DNA of 64,000 bases from Phycisphaerae bacterium. Lineage in GTDB: Bacteria > Planctomycetota > Phycisphaerae > UBA1845 > Fen-1342. Under the pieces are notes generated by a model, which worked only from the letters and a program-made list of their open reading frames with translations, had not been told where the DNA came from and made no database searches. Position numbers and translations under genes: made by a program. Position 1 is the first letter of the stretch. Each line of letters begins with the position of its first letter. The DNA lies in the NCBI GenBank assembly GCA_050115495.1, contig JASFQK010000007.1:64001-128000 (forward strand), in the 5' to 3' direction. Shown in pieces: positions 57,232-64,000 of this stretch.

Positions 57232-58071
57232 TTACTGGTTCGGCCGATCCGCCGTCTTGGGCCTCGTCTCGTCCCAGGCGAAGTGCTCTTTCAGCAGCAC
57301 CGGCATCAGCTTCTGCAGCAGCGGCCCCATCGCCGCCACCACTTCCTCCCGCCCCGCCGGCCGCAGCGCCTGTCGTGGATTCGTCGGATCGTCCGTGAAG
57401 CTCACCTCGATCTTCGCGTAGTACGCGTAGCGCTCGAACGGATTGGCCATCAGGAAGCGCACGCCGTTACGCGTCGTCTTGTATTCCCCGTTCGTCTGGA
57501 AAAAGTAGGCCACCGCCGGCGTATCCCCACGCTGCCGCGAGCGGAACTCCAGCACGCGCACCGGGATCTCGTCGTTCGGCGCCCCCACGCCCCGCACCGA
57601 AACCTGCACCGTCTCCGGCGTGCCGACCTGGTCGTACCCGCCGGCGAGCCAGCACTCGTCCGGCACGTGCGGCACCATGTCCGGCTGACCCGTGTAGTAC
57701 GTCACGAACACGTTCGCCACGCACGCCGGATCCTCCGGCGCACACCGCGTGTCCACCAGCCGTATCTGGACGTACTCCTCGGTGCCGATGGCCTGCACCA
57801 TCTCTTCCTTCATCGCGGGAGGCTGTATCAGGTGCGGCCGGTATTCCGGCGCCAGCAGCGAGACGTCCAGCTCGCGCAGGCTGCGCTTCAGCGGCACGGC
57901 CTCCTTGCGGAAGTACTGCCCCAGCGACTTGGCCACGATCTGCATGCCCGCCGCCGACACGACCAGAATCAGCACGCACGTATAGAAGCGGGCGCTGGCC
58001 GGGCCGCGGCGCGCCGGCGCCGCCGCCCCGCTCGCCGTTGCTCTCGCTGTAGTCGACGAACTGCTCATCAT
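57232..58071 (-). CDS. epsI: Exosortase-associated EpsI-family protein
   Basis: N-terminal TM, IGTEEY, VTYYTG..DMVPHVPDECWLAGGY, YFF.TNG. Directly downstream of the exosortase. Confidence 0.78.
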   Translation of the reverse strand: MMSSSSTTARATASGAAAPARRGPASARFYTCVLILVVSAAGMQIVAKSLGQYFRKEAVPLKRSLRELDVSLLAPEYRPHLIQPPAMKEEMVQAIGTEEYVQIRLVDTRCAPEDPACVANVFVTYYTGQPDMVPHVPDECWLAGGYDQVGTPETVQVSVRGVGAPNDEIPVRVLEFRSRQRGDTPAVAYFFQTNGEYKTTRNGVRFLMANPFERYAYYAKIEVSFTDDPTNPRQALRPAGREEVVAAMGPLLQKLMPVLLKEHFAWDETRPKTADRPNQ

Positions 58072-58108
58072 CCGTTCCCCGGCAAGCCCGGCTTCGCGGG
58101 CCGCCGCT

Positions 58109-59059
58109 TCACGCCTCCGGCGCCTCCGGTGCTTCGGGCTCGCGGTCCTCCACGACGATGTTGTTCATCAGCCAGCTCAGGCCCAGGAACATCAGCGTCG
58201 CCAGCAGGATCACCACCAACCCCAGCGCCGTGTGATAGGGCCCCTCGGCGTACATCGGATCCACGTAGATGTGCAGCCAGCACGTCACCGTCACGCGGAT
58301 GGCGTTGCAGAACGTGGCGATCGGCACGCACGCCGCCAGCAGCAGCACCCGCTGCCACCAGGGCCGCACCGTCATGAAGGCCACCGCCGTGCCGAGAGCG
58401 CACAGCACCATCGTGCTGCGCATGCCGCTGCACGCGTCGCTGACCGACAGCGGCGTCAGCGGTTTTCCGTTGAGCACCGGGTGAATCATGATCCCCATGG
58501 GCTCGATATCCAGCCCCGGCAGCATCTCCAGCACACCGCAGGCCACCTTCGCCGCCAGCCGCTGCAGCGGATCCGTCATGAAGAAGTAGTAGCGCCGCGG
58601 TATCGGAATGGCGAAAAACAGGTACAGCCACGGCAGCCACGCGTACCGCATCACCGGCAGCCCGCACAGGAAGATCACCACGCCCAGCAGGCATACCATC
58701 ATCGCCACCGGCCGGGCATAGCCGATCATCAGCCCCCACAGCGACCACTGGTACAGCGCCAGCCCCACCAGCATGATCACCAGTCCGACCCACGTCCCAC
58801 GGATCGGCGACCGCCGCACGTCGTCCCACCGCAGGTACAGCAGGTACGCGCTGAACAGCGGAATAATCGGCCCATGCGACCAGTCGGACTCGTGCACCCA
58901 CCGATGCACCACCTCGCCCAGCCCCCCCGCCGGTATGAAATCCAACAACTGCCAGAACGTCGCGACGAACGCCGCCCCGACGACGGCCGCCTTGATCTGC
59001 GACGTGCGGTCGAAGTTGATCGACCAGCCCGCCCGTGCTACAGGACGGTCCGCTGCCAT
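58109..59059 (-). CDS. Exosortase (EpsH family)
   Basis: W...DWSHGPIIP, FAIPIP, PLQRLAA, catalytic DACSGMRS, NAIRV, YHTALG. Multiple TMs. Confidence 0.92.
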   Translation of the reverse strand: MAADRPVARAGWSINFDRTSQIKAAVVGAAFVATFWQLLDFIPAGGLGEVVHRWVHESDWSHGPIIPLFSAYLLYLRWDDVRRSPIRGTWVGLVIMLVGLALYQWSLWGLMIGYARPVAMMVCLLGVVIFLCGLPVMRYAWLPWLYLFFAIPIPRRYYFFMTDPLQRLAAKVACGVLEMLPGLDIEPMGIMIHPVLNGKPLTPLSVSDACSGMRSTMVLCALGTAVAFMTVRPWWQRVLLLAACVPIATFCNAIRVTVTCWLHIYVDPMYAEGPYHTALGLVVILLATLMFLGLSWLMNNIVVEDREPEAPEAPEA

Positions 59060-59079
59060 CGTCCATCCGCCTCCGGTCC

Positions 59080-60651
59080 CTAGAACGGCAACCCACGCTG
59101 CGCCGCCCGCTGCTGCGCCAGCGTCTCCGGGTTCTGCCGCCCGTAGTAGGCGTCCTTGTCCGCAAAGTTGCGGTCGTACACGAACCCGAACCCATACGTG
59201 AACCGGAACGAGTTGCGAATGACGAACAGGAACGGCGAAACGAAGTGCGTACCCACGTTGACAATGTCGTCGTCCCGCAGATACACGTCCTCCGCCAGGC
59301 CGGCGAAGATCGCGTCCAGATTCACCGGTATCGTCAACTGCTTGTCCGTCCCCCGCTCGTGCCGGATGATCTCGCATCGCATCGGGAAGGCGAACGGCCC
59401 CAACCCGCCCGTCATCGCGATCGCCTGCTTGATCGTGATGTCACGCCCGCTGAACGCGTACACGCCCGGCCGCGCCACTTCACCCATCATGTAGAACAGG
59501 CCCGTATCCACGGGCACGTTGATCACGTCCTTTTCCCGCACCACGATGTTGTAGCGCGGATCCCCCGCCAACAGCGCCGACACATTGATCTCAATGACCC
59601 GCTGCTCCAGCTCCAGCTCCGGAACATCCTCCCACTCGAACGGCTGCTCCAGATCCTCGACGTTCCACGTCTCGCCAGCCGGTGGCTTCTCGCCCTCGGC
59701 GACCGGTGGCCGATCCGGCGGACCCACGTCCACCAGCTCGCCCGTCTGAGGATCGAATACGAGCGGCCGCATCGGCGGCTCCACGCCCGTCTCGGTCGGC
59801 TCACCCGCAGGCTGTGTCGCCTGTCCTGGAGCAATAATCTCTTCCAATGCCGCCCGATCCGCCGCCTGCTCTTCCTCCGGCGGCGGCTCACGGTCACCCA
59901 GCCCCACGCTCGTGGAGAACTCCGCCGGGGAATCCTCGTCCTCCGTCGGCGGTGGAATGACCAGTCCGTCCGGCAGCGATTCGCGCTCCGGGGCCATGTA
60001 CGCCGCCGGCTCCGCAAACCGCGGATTCCGCCGAATCACGTACAACCGCGGCACGTTCGACCCGATGTCGCGCACCATGCCGATCACGTCCAGCAAACGC
60101 ATGTCCGGGTCTGTGATCGGATACACCCCCGCTTGCCCCACGGCGCCACGCACGGTGAACACGTTCTGCCGCTTGCCCACGGCGAAAACCTGCACTTCCG
60201 GCTTCGGCAGCAGCTCTGCATCCGCCAGCCGCGCCGTCAGCTCCTCTTCGAGCTGCTGCTCGGTCAGGCCCGTCACACGGACCGTCCCCAACAGCGGAAC
60301 GCGCAGGTTTCCGCTCGGCGTCACCTCGGCCTGCACCTGTTCCGGCACACCCGGCGCCCGCAGATCCTGAATCACCACCAACAGCACGTCCCCCGGAGCA
60401 ATCCGGTAGTCGTCGTAGATGGGAACCAGGTCCTCTTCGGTGGGATCCGTCGCATTCGGCAATCCCGGCGGCGCATCGCGCTCCGTCAGGATTCGGCGAA
60501 TACCCTGCTCGTGGTACTTCGACGGGAATTGCCCCACCTTCGTCGGGTCCAGGAAGCCGTTCAGAATGGCGCAGCCGCCCAGCAGGGGCAGCAGCAGGCA
60601 CGCGGTCAGCGCCGGCCAGGCCGTTCCACCGAGCCCTCGCCCAAGAACCAT
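59080..60651 (-). CDS. wza: Polysaccharide export lipoprotein with SLBB domains (Wza-like)
   Basis: Lipobox LLGGC. DYRIAPGDVL, GNLRVPLLG.V.VTGLT, GAVGQAGVYPI, GEVARPGVY, DVYLRDDDIVNV. Confidence 0.85.
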   Translation of the reverse strand: MVLGRGLGGTAWPALTACLLLPLLGGCAILNGFLDPTKVGQFPSKYHEQGIRRILTERDAPPGLPNATDPTEEDLVPIYDDYRIAPGDVLLVVIQDLRAPGVPEQVQAEVTPSGNLRVPLLGTVRVTGLTEQQLEEELTARLADAELLPKPEVQVFAVGKRQNVFTVRGAVGQAGVYPITDPDMRLLDVIGMVRDIGSNVPRLYVIRRNPRFAEPAAYMAPERESLPDGLVIPPPTEDEDSPAEFSTSVGLGDREPPPEEEQAADRAALEEIIAPGQATQPAGEPTETGVEPPMRPLVFDPQTGELVDVGPPDRPPVAEGEKPPAGETWNVEDLEQPFEWEDVPELELEQRVIEINVSALLAGDPRYNIVVREKDVINVPVDTGLFYMMGEVARPGVYAFSGRDITIKQAIAMTGGLGPFAFPMRCEIIRHERGTDKQLTIPVNLDAIFAGLAEDVYLRDDDIVNVGTHFVSPFLFVIRNSFRFTYGFGFVYDRNFADKDAYYGRQNPETLAQQRAAQRGLPF

Positions 60652-61069
60652 TTCACACTCCTCGCCAGCTACCCCGACCGGAGTCGATACTCCCAGCCGG
60701 ACGATCCCGCAATTCTCGGCGGGGGTGGCACTTACACAACCCGCGGACCGAACTCGTGAATGTAACCAGCGCCGATGGCGCGTGTCAAACCTCTGCGACA
60801 GCGCCCGATCGTAGGTCCAATACTGAACTTACGCCGCGGCCCCCGATCGGGTTCGCCGACACGCCGGGTAGACAAGCCCCGGCTCGTGGAATGTTATCGG
60901 CATCTAGCCCGGCCCGGCTTGCGGTTTGTTGACCGCTCCCGGACCGCCTCCCCCGTCCCGCCGGCACGCCCCGCCTTTTGCTCGACCACCCTCCCCTCGA
61001 CACCCGATAGGAACGATGACCCTGGCCAGCCGGCACGAGCCGTCGCTGTGAGCCGACCGGGGCGACCAG

Positions 61070-61789
61070 ATGCCCATGACGACCCTGCCCACCATTCCGG
61101 AAACCGCCAGCCGCGTCCTGATCCTCGGCGCGGGCGGCCAGGGCCGCGTCGTCCTCGACGTCCTCCTCCAGGGCAGCCTCTACCACGTGGTCGGCTTCCT
61201 CGACAACAACCCCGCCATCCAGGGCCGACGCGTCGACGGTATCCCCGTCTACGGCGGCATCGACGAGCTGCCCCGCCTGGCCGGCGAGCTCGACGTCCGC
61301 GGTGTTATCGTGGCCATCGGCGACAACGGGGCCCGCCGCGGCCTCGCCCGCCGGATCGAGTCCGCCGGCATCGACCTCATCAGCGCCGTCCACCCGTCAG
61401 CGACGCTGGCCCGCAACGCCACCATCGGCAAGAACGTTGTAATTGCTGCTGGCGTCGTGGTTTGCGCTCATTGCCAAATCGGCGATTCCGTCATCCTCAA
61501 CACCGGCTGCATCATCGACCATCAGACCATGATCGGCGAAGGCAGCCACATCTGCCCCGGCGTTCGGCTGGCCGGCCGCGTCAAGGTCGAGCCCGGCACG
61601 TTTGTCGGCATCGGGGCGACCGTGATTCCGAACGTCACCCTCGGCTGCGAGTGCATCGTCGGGGCTGGCGCTGTCGTCATCGAGGATGTCCCCGCCATGT
61701 CCACGGTCGTCGGCGTACCCGCCCGCCAGGTCAAACTGGCCTCAGCTTCCGAGGACGTCGCCGCCATGCTCCTCCCCGCCCGCCCCTGA
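61070..61789 (+). CDS. NeuD/PglD-family sugar O/N-acetyltransferase
   Basis: ILGAGGQGRVV, GFLDNN, VAIGDN..R, VHPSA, hexapeptide repeats, VVGVPAR. Confidence 0.9.
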   Translation: MPMTTLPTIPETASRVLILGAGGQGRVVLDVLLQGSLYHVVGFLDNNPAIQGRRVDGIPVYGGIDELPRLAGELDVRGVIVAIGDNGARRGLARRIESAGIDLISAVHPSATLARNATIGKNVVIAAGVVVCAHCQIGDSVILNTGCIIDHQTMIGEGSHICPGVRLAGRVKVEPGTFVGIGATVIPNVTLGCECIVGAGAVVIEDVPAMSTVVGVPARQVKLASASEDVAAMLLPARP

Positions 61790-63511
61790 CCCCGCCTTCA
61801 CGGCATCGTCCCCACGCGTCGGCGACGGCCCGCCCTGGAGCAACCGCGCCAGAACCGGACTCCGCGAATCGACCGGCCGGATCAGCACCCCCGCCACAGC
61901 TTTCTGAATACCCGCCAGCTCGGTCGCGTACCGACCGGCGTCCTCGGCGGCGACGCCGACCGCCGCCTCAAGCTGCTCCCCCAGTACGTCGAGACCGCTC
62001 CCGAACCCTGCCCGCAGTGCCGCCAGTACGGCCCGCTCCAACGACGGCCGCAACAGCCGATCCACCACGAACGGCAGCGCCCACGCCACCACCACGAGCA
62101 GCACGCTCTGCACCGCGAAATTCACGCCCAGGAACTCGCCCTGCCCGGTCGTCGCTCGGGCGTAGCCGATCACCACGTTGTACGCCACGACCGCCAGCGC
62201 CACCGTCGGCAGGAACGCCATCAGGAATCCCGTCGCCCGCCGGGCCAGCCGAGCCAGCACGTGCCCCGGCCGCGCCAGCGCCAGCCGGACCTGGTTCTCC
62301 AGCTCCGCCGTCACCATCGCCCGGGCCCCCGCTCCGACCTCATCCAACCGCTGCCGCAGCGCCCCGGCCCGCACGCCATGCCGCGCCGCAGCGATCTCCG
62401 CCGCATCGAGGCAGCCCGCAACTTTGCCGTCGCTCCAGTCGTCCCAAAGCGCGCCGGTCAGCGCGGACAGCTCCTCCACTTGTGGAGCCGGCTCGTCACC
62501 GTCGGCTTGCTTCCGCTTCGCCGGCCGCCCGTCGCCCCACGCCCGGCCGAGTTGCCGCAGCAACCCCTCTTCGCGGACGGCGAAGCGCGCCGCCACCGCC
62601 TGCATGCCCCAGCCGGCACCTTCGAGAAGCTGCTGCCGCGCCGCCTGCCACCGGCTCGACAGCGCCCCGCGAATGTCCGTCCACGTCTCTTCACCACCCA
62701 ACCGATGTTGCATGTCGTCGAGCAGTTCGCGCAATTCCCGCACCCGGGCCCGATGACCCAGCCGCGTCAGCTCGCGCACAACATGCGCTTCGAGCAGCTC
62801 GCGCACCGCCGTCCGAATCTGATCAAACTCGTCCGGCGTCGGCAGCGCCGCTTCCGTGCAGCACGTGCAATACAGCAACGGTTCGTCAAAGCCCGCCGAG
62901 CGCAGCATCCCGCGGAAATCTTCGCGCTGCCGCGGATCGCCCTCGTCCCAGCGGTTCATCGCGAACATCCAGCCGTGCCGGTGCCCGCGCTCACGCAGCA
63001 CGCGCCAGCCGATGTCGTCGCGATAGCGCTCGGGGCTCACTACGTAGCACAGCAGATCGACGTGCGGCATCCAGGCCAGGGCGCAGCGCCGATTCTCCTC
63101 TTCGGTGCTGTCGATGTCCGGGGCGTCGATCCACATCACTTCGCGCAGCCCCGGGCTGTCGTGCCGCCGGACGCGCACGCGCTCGACCGGCAGCCCCGCC
63201 GGCAGATCCGCCAGCTCGACCGACTCGTGCACGTACACCGTCACGTCGCGCGACGTCGGCCGCTCGACGCCCACCTCGGCGATGCGCCCGCCGGCCAGCC
63301 GATTCAGCAGGCTGCTCTTGCCCACGCCCGTTCCGCCGAACAGGGCCACGACCAGCGGCCGCAATTCGCCCGTCGCGAACAAATCCGCCGGCGTCGCGCG
63401 TTCGAGCCCGGCGAATCGCCGGCGATCCGCCTCGTCGAGCCAGCCCGCCTCCGCGGCCGACTCGAACCAGGCGCTCGCCCGCTGCACGACCTCGCCGTAC
63501 GCCTCAGCCAT
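61742..63511 (-). CDS. Dynamin-like/Era-like P-loop GTPase with C-terminal TM segments
   Basis: G1 GGTGVGKSSLLN, G2 RPTS, G3-like DAPDID, G4 NRWD, helical region, two hydrophobic segments near the C-terminus. Confidence 0.8.
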   Translation of the reverse strand: MAEAYGEVVQRASAWFESAAEAGWLDEADRRRFAGLERATPADLFATGELRPLVVALFGGTGVGKSSLLNRLAGGRIAEVGVERPTSRDVTVYVHESVELADLPAGLPVERVRVRRHDSPGLREVMWIDAPDIDSTEEENRRCALAWMPHVDLLCYVVSPERYRDDIGWRVLRERGHRHGWMFAMNRWDEGDPRQREDFRGMLRSAGFDEPLLYCTCCTEAALPTPDEFDQIRTAVRELLEAHVVRELTRLGHRARVRELRELLDDMQHRLGGEETWTDIRGALSSRWQAARQQLLEGAGWGMQAVAARFAVREEGLLRQLGRAWGDGRPAKRKQADGDEPAPQVEELSALTGALWDDWSDGKVAGCLDAAEIAAARHGVRAGALRQRLDEVGAGARAMVTAELENQVRLALARPGHVLARLARRATGFLMAFLPTVALAVVAYNVVIGYARATTGQGEFLGVNFAVQSVLLVVVAWALPFVVDRLLRPSLERAVLAALRAGFGSGLDVLGEQLEAAVGVAAEDAGRYATELAGIQKAVAGVLIRPVDSRSPVLARLLQGGPSPTRGDDAVKAGSGAGGEEHGGDVLGS

Positions 63512-64000
63512 CGCTCTGCCCCTCCCATTGCCGCAGGGCCCGCGTGGCCTGCTCCAGGCGCTCGGCGGAAACGCCGATCAATTCTGCCTCGTCGAGCCCC
63601 TCGGCCAGCGCCCGCAGCCGCCGCCCGAGCACCGGCTCCAGCAGCGTGCGCTCCACCGCCTCACGCTGGCGTTTCTTCAGGTCGCGTGCCGCCCCCGACA
63701 TCTGCAAGCCGGCGAAACCCTCCACCAGGAGCGAGCTCAGTGCGAACGTCGCCGGCGCCCACAACGCGTCCACCAGCGACAGTCCGCCCGTCTTCACCGC
63801 CAACACCAGCGCCCCCACGTCGAGCGTCGCCCGCGCTCCGCGCAAGGCCAACAACCGCCCCGGCTCCCGCTGCAACTGCCCGTACAACGCCTCGGCCACG
63901 GCCCGCACTTCGCGGTTCACTTCGGCGTGGTGCGCCGACAATGCATCGCTGAACTCCGCCCGCAGGCGCGTCTCTTCCGCCTGCAACCTGCGCCCCAGCG
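63504..64000 (-). CDS. C-terminal part of an upstream helical membrane-associated protein (possible partner GTPase), truncated by the window
   Basis: Open frame reaching the window edge, hydrophobic segments, stop overlapping the GTPase start. Confidence 0.55.
   Translation of the reverse strand, partial: LGRRLQAEETRLRAEFSDALSAHHAEVNREVRAVAEALYGQLQREPGRLLALRGARATLDVGALVLAVKTGGLSLVDALWAPATFALSSLLVEGFAGLQMSGAARDLKKRQREAVERTLLEPVLGRRLRALAEGLDEAELIGVSAERLEQATRALRQWEGQSDG

Noticed and set aside
9529..60759. Other long antisense/alternate-frame ORFs (e.g. 9529-11454, 16576-18165, 22276-24102, 40955-42868, 56149-58377, 59035-60759)
   Set aside because: Each overlaps a well-supported gene and translates to R/A/G/P-rich or motif-free sequence.
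60652..61069. sigma54 promoter or structured ncRNA in the wza/acetyltransferase gap
   Set aside because: TGGCAC at ~60727 lacks a correctly spaced TTGC, and no recognisable RNA family motif was seen.

Overview
High-GC bacterial DNA, most consistent with a planctomycete of class Phycisphaerae. This is inferred from the dockerin-like C-terminal tags, GACC Cys-rich repeats, a prepilin/H-X9-DG protein, PEP-CTERM plus exosortase, and an SBP-permease fusion. 1-9.5 kb is an alpha-glucan catabolism/uptake locus (glgP, malQ, exported GH13, fused solute-binding protein-permease, second permease), interrupted by a deleted four-helix-bundle gene flanked by inverted octamer repeats. 9.7-20 kb holds secreted tandem paralogs, an orphan HTH-like protein, a PEP-CTERM protein, a mosaic dockerin-tagged protein and a divergent prepilin-like/Zn-ribbon pair sharing a LacI-type operator. 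20-26 kb holds a membrane-anchored DUF4041/GIY-YIG-like protein (SNIPE/PD-lambda-1-like defence nuclease), REP clusters, a beta-helix protein and a GH29 fucosidase. 26-50 kb is mostly housekeeping (fbaB, Bat genes, larE, pssA-psd, HAD, nadK, lnt, glyA, truA), plus a tandem duplication that copied the lnt promoter. 50-61 kb is a wza-exosortase-epsI-giant TPR-wzc locus with a divergent acetyltransferase. 61.7-64 kb encodes a dynamin-like GTPase and a truncated neighbour. No rRNA, tRNA, CRISPR-cas or transposase was recognised. All family assignments come from motif recognition by eye, not from database searches.
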